Source of the DNA: the human T2T-CHM13v2.0 reference genome, Homo sapiens
Assembly: GCF_009914755.1 (NCBI RefSeq)
Contig: NC_060930.1
DNA: 64,000 nt
Reading direction: 5' to 3' (one strand)
The notes under the pieces are model-generated. The model was not told the origin of the DNA, searched no databases, and worked only from the letters and a program-made list of their open reading frames with translations. The position numbers and the translations under genes are program-made. Positions 1 to 11,885 of the stretch are shown here, in pieces. Within the stretch, counting starts at the first letter, position 1; the number at the start of each line of letters is the position of its first letter.

Positions 1-1936
1 GCCAATACATATATTTGTATGTGTTCAGGAATGGTGGTTGCAGGGGAGAACGTTGAAAGGAAACAAGCTGATTCTTACCAATTCCTGTCTGCTCTATCAT
101 CACTCTTCTTCAATGCAGGTGGTAACACTGGATCTTTGCTGAACGAAGCCTGTAGAATTACTTTCTTCATTCACTGCCTCTCCTTTCTTACTGCCCACTC
201 TGGTCCTTACCTCCTGAAATCTCAGCTTTCTCTCTTCCTATTTAGCTAAACTTACTCTCTTAACAATCATTCATGATCCACCGCTCCCAAAGTCAGGACC
301 CTTGACTTGGTTCTCACTTCCCTGACCTCTTGTCAGTATTTAGTACCCATCACCTACCACAGGCATGGACGCATGTCCTGCCAGGCTCCTGGCTGTCTCC
401 TCTCTGCACTGGCTGTCTGTTCCACTCTCAGAATGTTCTTCGTCATAACCTTCTCTGGTCCTTCCTGATTCCTTACTGCAGTTAGGTTTTGAATGTTGCT
501 TCCTTGGCTTTTCTTGCTACACTTCCTTGCTTGGTCATATCATCTCTACATCTAGGCCAGATTTTCATAAAGAAAACTCCCACATAGCCAAACCCTAACC
601 TTTGGTGACTTGCCAAGAAATTCCATTGTATTCACATAAGAGTTATGGTCTTTACTCTCTAATTCACAGTCACTTCACAGACTTTCCCCTTCTTCTTGCC
701 TATTGATCCCTTTCATGTCTCTGAGAATGCATACGTAGCCACTCCAGGCTGGGTAGCTCCAAACTTTGCTAATGCCATTCTACCTGGAATGTCCTCTTTC
801 GTCTGTGCCTTCCCGATACTAAGCATCTTAAAAACAGCCTAAATGTCGCTTCATGATTTTTCTAAGTAATATTTTACCTCTGAACTCCCATAGCATTTCC
901 CCCCATCACTAGTATTAGTGCAATTTTTTTATTATAATTATGACATCTTGTCAACCCCAGGCTACCCTTTGTGAAGGCAGGATATGTTTCTGATTCATGT
1001 GGGTATCAGAATACTCAACACAGTGCCTACAACAAATCCTTGACTGGAACTTCAATTATTTTGAGTTGATAAACTCCAGAGAAATATGAAATGACCTGCC
1101 ATGAAAACAGAGTTGTATAGTGTGATAGCCAGCCCAGAGGTGCATGTTCTGAGATAAGTGGGCTGTGGTGTGGGTACATCAGTTAAGAAAGCACTTTATA
1201 ATACAGCCCTGAAACCTTTTTATCACAATATTTCTCTTCACGAAAACAAAACCATCCAAGACACTTTAGAACAAATGCATTCTCTCAATAATCAGCATTT
1301 GGAATTATTTTAAACACTGGGAAAATTCTTGGCCACTAAAAAAGTTATAAGAAGTGAATGACTTGCAGATATGTAAATAGTAGTACTAATCTGAATATGT
1401 TGGCATATATTCTAAGACACATTTAACACTACAATTTTTGTTGAGTAATGAGTGTGGATAAAGTTGTAGATAGTGTCGGTCACTCATTGGAATAAGATTA
1501 ACTTAAATTTGTCACATTATTTCTCTTCTCTCTAAAGGGGACAACAGAAATACTTTCTTATTGTTCCTATGTCCTGTGTCGTATGTCCAGTGAAGGAGAC
1601 TCCCCAAGTTGGCTTGCTTGCTAACAAAAAGGAATGATGTTGGTAAACATGGAATCAGTGAGATTGTTACTCCTCAGGTTCCTGTATGGACTGGTGATTG
1701 TTATCTATATATAATCTCCATTTTCTTTTAATTCTACTAAAACAGTGGTTAAGATATAAATTCCAATTAGGTAATAAACTTTGCCAAAGAAAAAACAGAG
1801 AGAACTCTTTATATGAAGTAAATTTCTCAGACTAGAGTAATTGGGACACCTCATTCTCACTATACTTGGTTTGCTCACAATAGTTATTTCGATTTAATTT
1901 TTGGGAAGTGAATAACTGGTTCCCCTGCAACCTACA

Positions 1937-1959
1937 TTTATTTCTTCTTCTTTTTTATT
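1937..1959 (-). terminator. Candidate distal tandem polyadenylation signals (2x AATAAA) of ASCC3
   Basis: tttatt at 1937-1942 and 1954-1959. Confidence 0.55.
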
Positions 1960-2495
1960 TAAGCATGGAAAAGGATATATACAAGCAATACATTCCAATT
2001 TCAGAAACACTTAAATTCTAGTATTTGTAACAATGACATTGGAAAATGTTTTAAAATAATTCATTTTAGGGCTAAGAAAACTGAAATTATTTCACAAAGG
2101 TAGAATTTCATTCCACTAGAATGCATATTATATGAACATTGAATTTTAACAAGTTTTTAGTTTGAAAAAGTATTTTTCAAGAAGGAATTTGTTTGGACAT
2201 AGAGAAATTTTCTTTATTACAGGTGAAAACCTATCCATAGGGGTGAAAAATTTTCTGTCTCAGATTTTTCCTGGAGAGCATAAAGACAAATAATTGTACT
2301 ATATGATCTGTAAGTGCTACAACATGAATTAGATTATACTTCTCTACTTCTGTAAATAAATATGTCAGAAAGATAATAGAAATAAAGCCTTGAAGTAGAA
2401 GGGAAAGAAAAGAAGAACAGATGAGTAAGGGGATATTATTTAAAGGAAGCAGAAGAAAACATTGAGTCAGCTTGTCTTGAAGTGCCACTCTATAT

Positions 2496-2501
2496 TTTAT
2501 T
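2496..2501 (-). terminator. Candidate proximal polyadenylation signal (AATAAA) of ASCC3
   Basis: tttatt on the + strand, followed on the minus strand by U-rich sequence (about 2400-2460). Confidence 0.6.
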
Positions 2502-3128
2502 TCCCAGTTAACCATGTCTACATTTTCTAAGATCAGTATATTGTTTTCTTTGTTATCATCATTAGGCTCCATAATATAATTTTACATCATATATTATTAA
2601 ACATTTATGACTACAAGAAATTCTTGAAGCTACTTCTACATGTGATCATATCAAAGTATAAATTTTGCTAACAAGACACGCTGTGTACCACCTTACAGAT
2701 TTATAGTTTATGCGGCAGAGTTAGAAATCTGTGACAAGTCCTAACACTTGTCACATCTCAATGTGGTTTTCCTTAAAAAAAGCAGCCAATATCCATGTAA
2801 ACAGTACATTGTGAGATGTAAAATTTGATTGATAGCTCCTAAATATCATCCCAAATATACACAAATTAAAAGATTATTCTAAATGCTTTTTCATCTTACA
2901 TATCAAGAAACTCATAAAGATAACATTATAAAAGGCAACATTTGTTAAAAGGCCACTGTGGTTAACTTTATGTCACTGGAGTCAATACTGCAGCCACTGT
3001 CAATTTCCTGGATGGTTGAGGTTAGAAGTTGATTCTTTCAAGGCAAACATCAAGTAATTCGATTTGTCTAGATGACTGAACAGAGAGAATTCTTAGCCAC
3101 TCCTTTCAAATGGATTGTTCAGGTCAAG

Positions 3129-3276
3129 TTACTTTAATGCCAGGTCAGTCAGGGAATCAGAGACCTTGGTGTTGACCTGTGCAGAAAGACTCGCTTGTGT
3201 AACGTTGAGATAGATGTCATACTGCTGGTCCAGGCCAAGGTAGCAGTCACTCATGAAATATAATGTGTAGATATAC
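3129..3276 (-). CDS. ASCC3: ASCC3 last coding exon (YIYTLYFMSDCYLGLDQQYDIYLNVTQASLSAQVNTKVSDSLTDLALK*)
   Basis: Manual translation matches the recalled ASCC3 C-terminus. AG acceptor at 3277-3278, TAA at 3129-3131. 148 nt = 1 + 49 codons, in phase with the previous exon. Confidence 0.97.
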
Positions 3277-3361
3277 CTAAAATATAAAAATAGAAGAAAA
3301 ATGTAAAACCACTTTTGTAATCACAATCATATTTAATTCTTTCAGAACTTTGGTAGTAGGA

Positions 3362-3850
<489 letters not shown>

Positions 3851-4901
3851 CTGTAAACCAGAAAAAAAGATACAACATTAAAAATATCTAGACTTCCTAT
3901 ACCACTTGGTTGTGGTTAAGGCTACGTTGTCTTACTTGAAGGCCATACATCTACATAGTTCAGCATATCTATCTGAGATGTTTTAAATTTTCTTCCATTC
4001 TGGTTTGGTGTCTTTGATATGCAATTATTTAACTTACTTCAAGATTCTCAGAGCATATTATAGACACTAGTTCGTAGTTGTAACTATCAGAATATATGGC
4101 CAGTTAGAATAAAAAACTCTGGATCTTGACATCAAATTAGCAAATTCTCATGCTATTCCTACAATTAACTTTAATACCACATTGGTAGATGAACAAATTG
4201 AGACATAACCATGTTAATCAAATCTTCCAAAACCTTATTCACCAAAAACGAATGCTTAAGAAAACAAACAAACAAACAAAAACACAAAGCCAATCAAGAC
4301 TAGACTCTGGACCCCAAGATGATGAGTACTATATCAAACACATACTTTCCCCCTCATCCAAGAATAAAACTCACATAAAAAAGCACATATTCTAATATGG
4401 TAACATTAAAAAGTCCCTTCTCTGAGGAATGGGCAATTTTAAGTCAAGCAATTTGTAAAATATATTAATCACCACAATCCAAAATTAGATATAAATATAA
4501 TGATCGCACTTGAGGTCTTTATTTTAGATCAATTTTTATAAAATGCAAGATTATTCTAATGATTCTTTAAGACAATGACTTTATGGCATAAAATATAGTA
4601 ATAATGATACATTCTCAGACTTCACTCAGTATTCTAGAGGGAGATGTTTCACTTACAGTATTTCAAAAGGGAGTCAGAGAGTAATATATTTTTACAGCAT
4701 TCAGAAACAAAAATTAAGAGATTTTCTGGCATGATTAAATCTAAGCTTTAAGTAGAATATTAAGGTAAAAAAATCATAGTTTTCCCCCATGATTTTATCT
4801 TTATGATTGTTGCTATTTTTATTATTACTATTATTAGTTTGTAATTATTACTTTTTTTTATAAGTTGGAATACATTAAGTCATCTAAAAAATGCTCATAT
4901 T

Positions 4902-5177
<276 letters not shown>

Positions 5178-5192
5178 GAAACCTCATATTAA

Positions 5193-5465
5193 GGTCAGGT
5201 GTGGTGGCTCATGCTGGTAATCCCAGAACTTTGGGAGGCAGAGGCAGGTGGATCATTTGAGGTCAGGAGTTCAAGATGAGCTGGTCAACATGGTGAAACC
5301 CTATCTCTACTAAAAATACAAAAAATTAGTTGAGTGTAGTGGCACATGCCTGTAAAACCCAGCTATTTGGGAGGCTGAAGCAGGAGAAATGCTTGAACCC
5401 AGGAGGTGGAGGTTGCAGTGAGCCAAGTCTGGGCGACACAGTGAGACTTCGTATCAAAAAAAAAA
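5193..5465 (+). mobile_element. AluS (Sz/Sx-like) with a right-arm deletion
   Basis: Alu consensus match, A-tail, ctcata(t/c)taa on both sides. Confidence 0.9.
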
Positions 5466-5879
5466 GCTCATACTAAAGCCTCTGAAATGCCAGAGGCCAA
5501 TCAGTTAATACTTACACTGACAGACTTTTTTAGAATTAGAAATCAAATGAGGTGAGACTTGAAGGTACAATACTGAAAGAACATCTTAAGAATAGAAAGT
5601 TACTGATCATTTTGTGTGTGAGAACAGAAGGGACAATACTTATGAACTACAGCTTCACCCCTGAGGGCTTATTCTAGATATGGGAAAGCCCTGAATCCAC
5701 TGGACCAAAAAGAAGACTAATTCTTTCTTATTTTAATTATTATGGCACTAAAAACCAATCTGCCCACCTGCTGTGTACTAATATTCTTAGAGGACCAGAT
5801 AATCAGAGGCAACAGAAAAGAGCATAGTAATCTAAAATAAAAATACTGTACATTTTTGCCTGTATGAACATTGACAAAG

Positions 5880-6025
5880 CTCTCCTATGCATTATAATGA
5901 AGGACGCAGGCAAATGTGGCAACTGAGGCTCAGAAAAGCTTAATGTCTTATTCAAATTCATAGAGCTAAGTGGTAAAGCTTCAGTCTCATCTACATCTAG
6001 CCCAATGTGGTTCCTGTATACCAAA
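5880..6025 (-). mobile_element. MIR fragment
   Basis: aactgaggctcagaaaagcttaa...gagctaagtggtaaagc core. Confidence 0.6.
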
Positions 6026-6037
6026 GTGCCTCTAGGC

Positions 6038-6228
6038 CAGTACTGCTCAAGCTTTAAGGCCCTTAAAAATCATGTGGGGCACTGAGTGAAGGTATAGATT
6101 TTGAGATTCCCGCCTCCTTGAGGTTCTGATTCAGCCAGTCTGGAGTGGGGCCAAGGAATCTGCACTTTAAAAGGCACTCCAGGAAATTCTGCTGGCCAGA
6201 GTCTGTATACCATACTTTGAGAATAGTA
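6038..6228. mobile_element. MER5-type hAT-Charlie MITE
   Basis: ttctgattcag...ggggccaaggaatctgcactttaa core. Perfect 8-bp TSD ctctaggc at 6030-6037 and 6229-6236. Confidence 0.85.
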
Positions 6229-6451
6229 CTCTAGGCAATATATTCTTATGTAAGGTAGATTTTCTGGGGCTGAAAAATGACACATGAGGAGAACTCACGA
6301 ATTTCAAAAGACTAACTCTCGCTGCTTAAGACCAGTTGAGAAAGCAGGATTCATGAATGACACGGGCACATTAGTCACATAACAGATATGTGTGGTGGTG
6401 CATGCTGGTATTTGGTGTGAAATATTTGAGAATGGAAACCAAACACTATAC

Positions 6452-6661
6452 CTTGTGGAACCCAAAGTGGACTCTCTGCAAGCTCACTTGAAGCACATAC
6501 TCTTGGTCAGCATGCAATTTGATCCATTTGTTGTCATCTCGTTTGTCTGCAGTCAGAGTTGAGACAGAGAGTTCATTATGTCCTTCAACTAAGTCATCCC
6601 ACGAGCCTTTAACACTTATGCCAACATTTATCACTGGCAAGTGAGATAAGAAATTCCATGC
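6452..6661 (-). CDS. ASCC3: ASCC3 exon (AWNFLSHLPVINVG...LQRVHFGFHK)
   Basis: Overlaps ORF 6446..6640. AG at 6662-6663, donor gtatag at 6446-6451. 210 nt, phase 0-0. Confidence 0.97.
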
Positions 6662-6754
6662 CTAAATAAAAAGAGAAAAGAAACAATAAAGGAGGAGTTT
6701 ATGTGAAATGCAATGATCAATTAAGAAATAGTGTGCTTTTAGACGAAAATTAAC

Positions 6755-6975
6755 CTTTTAATGTTGAGATTAATTCTAGATCCAATGCAGTTGCAGGAAA
6801 TAATACAGAGACATTCTGTGGACCATTTACCCAGTTTCCTCCAAAGGTAGCATTTTTCAAAACTACGGTACTTATTACTACTAGGATATTGACATTAACA
6901 TAATCCAGTGATTTTGTTCAGATTTCCCCAATTTTTCTTGTATTTGTGTCTATATGCATGTATGTGTAAGAATAT
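6755..6975 (-). mobile_element. Old L1M 3'-end fragment
   Basis: aaataatacagag...tttacccagtttcctccaaaggtagcat...ggatattgacatt. Confidence 0.6.
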
Positions 6976-8429
6976 TGTGCTTTTAGTCTTTTTAATGTCT
7001 TTGTAAAAATAACTAAAAGAGGGCTTATCATTATTTAAACTTGTGATTCCTTTATTGTAAATCCTTCCTGATACTGAGCAGCTGTTGACTATATTAAAAT
7101 AAAACAAGTTAAAAAATGTCTGTTATCGAACTGGTTTGTTTTAGAGAAGCATCTATTCAGACATTCACATGGCTTCTAAGAAGGAGAGCATTACTTGGGG
7201 ATAAAAGGGCAATGTGAAAATATTTTTGTAATTCAATTATTGATGTTAGAATCCTCCACTGACCACTTATTGTACATTTTTTGGCCCATATTTCAAATTT
7301 GCCCTATTTATTCAGAAAAAAATTCTTTATATTTTATATCATAAGGAATTCTATAAGTCTAGGGTTCCTTCTAGAAACAAATATGAATTTTTGGCATCAT
7401 CATACTGAGAATACCAATTAAAATGACACATTAAAAGATATTTTACCTAACTTTATACTTGCTCTTGAAGTGGAAAGACATTTGTAAAAAATCAGTATTC
7501 AAATAGCAAGTGCTCAACAATAATGAATGAATGAATGAGAATACCTAGGTCTACAGAAAAGATGTAACAAAAAACTTGAGGTCATCTTTTTCTAACATAT
7601 ACACTTATATGGCAATATCACCATCAGTCAAGAAAACTTCTCAATACATTGGCTTTTTTTTTTTTAATCAGTTGTTACCTTCTCAGTTAGTTTTTAAAAG
7701 TACATGGTACTTTAATTTTGGTTTTTCTTTTATTCCTTTAATATATACTATAGATTTCCTTATAGGCTTTGATTTTGCTTAGTGCTGCTGAGTATACCTA
7801 ATTGAAATGAAGTAGTCCTGATGAACCAAACTACCCCTTAGGAATTAAAAAAAATGTAAATTCAATGCAAATTTTCAATTCAACTCCAATCCTATAACTT
7901 GTCTTATCAATCTGAAATCATGTCTTGAACTGGATTTTGAAGTAGTCAAGCCACAGATGGTACTTCAATCTGTACAACCTGTACAAAGGATGGTCTATCC
8001 CCTGCTAGAACCCATAGTCACTAAGTATAGAAGCTGTACCACTAGATGTTCTTCTAGGACTGGCCAGTCTGGAAAAGGGGTTAAGGGGACTTAAAAACAC
8101 AATTTCTGTAAAGCATTTGACTTTGTCAGACAGCACAAGTAACATTTACCCCATGAAGCAAGACTTGTTATGTTTCTTTACCTGTACCATTAAATCAGTT
8201 ACCAATATAATGTTTTGTTATTAGTAACTCATTGGGATTTTACTTTACAAAGTCCCCAAATGTCATATCTGGCTTTTATATATATGTAATTTTTGTAGGA
8301 CTTAATGTTATTATTATTTTCAATCTACAATGTGTACACATATATTTATTGGATATATATATATATATTTATGTATATAAAACATGAACTATTTTTAAAG
8401 AAACTGCTAAGACATTTCAATACCAGCCA

Positions 8430-8830
8430 AACATATTTATCTGAGGATTAATCTTCATCTATTGAATCAGGCAAGAGCACTACCATGCATACAATTATTT
8501 AATTAGCAGCCAAATCCTCTGCCAGTCAGCAGCCGTTCCAGGCATACTGATGGGGTAGAAGATGCAAATCTCACAGTCATACTGCTTTTTCTCATTACTA
8601 CTGCAATTAGCACTTAAATTGATGCTTTAAACATACTAATTTCTGGAATAATTCAGGATTTGTATGTTACCTGGGATCGCCTCACTGCAGAGCCGGCACC
8701 AGATTGCTCTGCAAATTGAAGCACTTTTGAGCCAAATAACCATCATCATATCAGACAGAGCCAATTTGCATTTGGTTTTAAAGATAACAGAATGGCAATT
8801 TATGCAAATAAATTAAGTAAGTTTACTTCT
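8430..8830. promoter_or_regulatory. Candidate developmental enhancer (POU octamer/homeobox cluster)
   Basis: No recognisable repeat. Octamers at 8562-8569, 8764-8771 and 8802-8809, GGATTA at 8445-8450, multiple TAAT/ATTA cores. Confidence 0.5.
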
Positions 8831-9922
8831 GAGTTCTCCCTGAACTAATTATAACAATGTTCTAATTTTTCATCGTATCTAAAACTTGGCTTGAAATCAA
8901 TGTATGTTATGTTGGAAATCTGTTGTTGCTAACAGAAGCTTTGTTTTGATTTAAATATATTGTTTTTATTCATAATTTTGATGGTAATTTAGTTAGAAAG
9001 GTAGGCATTTATTATGAATATTTAAATAGTATTTTGTGCCAATCTTGGGTTCAACAGAAACTGAACAGTCAATCAGACATTAATGCCTGTTACACTTTTT
9101 CCAAGTCTTGCTCAAAAATAAGTTCCACTTGGAAAAAAAAAGACACGGTTTAGAAGTTTCTTAATACCTGCATTTGCAAGTCAATATGTTAATTATGTTA
9201 TAAATCCTGAACGTTTACTTTGACATGTTTAGGGTAAAACTGCTTAAGACTTAAAGTCTAGATAGCCAAATATTTCTGGCATTGTTCATTCATATTTTTG
9301 GTCTTCCTAAAGATTGCTTGGAGACATGATCCTTGTTGTTTTCTGCAATACAGATTTAGCTTTCTATGTAAGTTATATGGTTCACTCACACACATAGTTT
9401 ATTTGAAAGGATACTTTTGAATCTAGAAGCAAAGTGATTATAATAAGAGAGGGGCATAAACAAATAACTGAGGGCATTGCATGAAAATATACCCAAGCAT
9501 ACAGAAGGAAACACTACCCTGAAGAGAGGGAGTAGAAGGCTAGGATAATGCAGACGAGTGATGGACAAGCTACATGAGGCTTTTCGCAGCCAGCTTAGTA
9601 GCATTTATACTGAAACAACTTCTCATAATGCCAATACCACTATTAATTACTATTACTGTCATTATTTTTAGTATTCATTTATTGAGTTCTTACTCTATGT
9701 CAAGAACTGTATAAAGCAGTTTACATAAGAGTATCTTCCTTAATTTTCACAAGAACTTCTTGAGACATCTATGTTTTCATGTTCATAATCATAGTAGTAA
9801 ATGGCAGAGACAATTTAACTCAAGGTGAGCCTGGTTCCAAAATCCATGCTCTAAGTTAGAAAACTCTTGGTACACCTTCTCAGAGTAGGGGAGCCTTCAA
9901 AACACTTAAGAGATGGTCTTAC

Positions 9923-10070
9923 CTGTTTCGTTTTTGCAGCATGTAGCTCACTTTCTACCATGGAGCTAAATACATGGTCTTTCCCTCCACAGGCATGGAT
10001 CAGTTCAGGAAGGCACTCGATGGAGGTCCGACCCCTAGCATGTGGGCCCTTCATAATCGGCTTCCATTTC
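9923..10070 (-). CDS. ASCC3: ASCC3 exon (KWKPIMKGPHARGRTSIECLPELIHACGGKDHVFSSMVESELHAAKTKQ)
   Basis: Within ORF 9851..10096. AG at 10071-10072, donor gtaag at 9918-9922. 148 nt. Confidence 0.97.
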
Positions 10071-11733
10071 CTAGGAAATAATATCAAACCAACCAAATAA
10101 TTGTTTCACAGCACAAAGAAGATTTTCTGACAATGGTGGTTTATATAATTATAGCTTTTTTTGTTTTAATTAAGAAATAACATTTTAAGACCATTATGCT
10201 AAGTTTAAAAATTCAGCCAGCATTCTGTATAGGATAACAGCCCAAGGCAGTACTGTTATCACTGCATCAAATGTATTAATTTTATGTGAAGTCAGTAAAT
10301 ACTTAGGGTTCACAGACATTGGGTGTCTTTCCACAGGAAGGCACTAATGTGAAGTAATGCTTCCATGTAGATGAAGTACTGATCTGGACCCCTGACATGT
10401 GCTTAATGAGTGTAGCAAATGTCTTTAATATAATTACTTAAATAAAGTTTTAAATTATAAGTTGTTGGGAACATAAAGTTAAAAGTTCATTTTGAGAATT
10501 TTTGAGATTTACAGCATAAGTAGTGCTAGATCCCAGAAACACAGGCCACATAAATTTTCCAGTAAGAAGAAAAATATAATTGAAATTACATTAATACAGC
10601 ACTCTTAAGAGTGCTGTGAAAACTGTATCAAATCTCTTAGGCCCCAAGCAGCTACCATAGCAGACCTGTGTGCTACGTGTGGTAGTACCCTAATGTGCGT
10701 TCTTTACTGCTGAAACCCTACTCCCATAACTTTTATACCATACTGGAAGGGCTCCTGAAACTGAGCTGCAGACACACAGGGGGTTATCTGCCTTTCTCCC
10801 CATGCCATCTGCTGCTGGTATGGCACGCTCTCTGAGTGTCTTTTAGTTTCTAGGGACATCCCATGGTAAGAACCCAAGTACTATGGAGACAACTGCCCTG
10901 GAACCCAATATATTTAAGTCAAATTGAGGGACTTTCCTGAGGAGACTTGCTGTGTGCCTGAGGTTCTTGTTGGCATCTGTGTCTAGATGTCTCAAATAAC
11001 TGCCACCCCTCATCCAGATGAACAGGAGTAGGGAGTGCATGACGGCAAGCTACGGCCAGATTGTTTTGCTTGTCTACATGACTGTGAACCAATATTTTGG
11101 CTGCAAAGTATCTCTTAACTGGCGTGAAACACTGGTGTGAAAGAAACATTTCCAATTAAACATTGCCAACCCTGCTTGTATTAGACACTGTTCTTTTCCC
11201 TGCAAACATATTTCAGTCATGTACATGAGACTTACGGGTTTGGTGCTAACATAAACTCTTACGTATAGGTTATATCTTGAGCTCCTAATATGTATAACCA
11301 CCTAGTTTGGGACATTTTGCAGATGCACAATTTACTTTTGACAATGGATTTCAGATATCTCAAATCTCCTCAACGATAACAGACATTGATCATTTATTTT
11401 GCTTTAGATCACAAAGCATTTTAATGATATCTTCTTAAATGAAGATTGATATTATAAAAGAATAAACACATTAACATAAAAATGTTTCCAATGCTTCAAA
11501 TGGAAAATGATTTAGATAGGAGAAGTTTAAACTGTAGTTCAGCTTGGGACTGATGATCAAATTCCAAACAAGAATGTTACGTCACTTGGCCATGTCTCAC
11601 TCTGGGAAACAGGAGTATTTTCCATGTCAATAATCAGTATTCTCCATAACATAAAATTTCAGTGACTACATATATAAAAAATATTTTTTTGAAATCAAAA
11701 CAAAACAATTACATTGAAAAGTAAAACAATTAC

Positions 11734-11885
11734 TTGAAAAGGTGAAGATGATGGTTTTCTATGTTTGGTAGTGTAAGAAGAGAAGAGTCCTTTAACCACC
11801 GACCCTGGATCACCATCTGAATCAGGTTGGTGATATTCAGGACAGTCACCAGCCAGCCCTGGTTTGCAGCCACGTCCAGCATTGC
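11734..11885 (-). CDS. ASCC3: ASCC3 exon (AMLDVAANQGWLVTVLNITNLIQMVIQGRWLKDSSLLTLPNIENHHLHLF-K)
   Basis: Manual translation (a different frame from the listed ORF). Acceptor ttcag at 11886-11890, donor gtaatt at 11728-11733. 152 nt. Sec63 motif QMVIQGRW..DS.L. Confidence 0.97.

Larger units (their letters stand above)
1925..3128 (-). other. ASCC3: ASCC3 3' UTR (distal end approximate)
   Basis: AT-rich, repeat-poor sequence downstream of the stop codon. Minus-strand AATAAA at 2496-2501, 2213-2218, 1954-1959 and 1937-1942. Confidence 0.75.

Noticed and set aside
9867-10100. Plus-strand ORFs antisense to ASCC3 exons (also 33980..34171)
   Set aside because: Shadow ORFs of coding sequence with no independent support.
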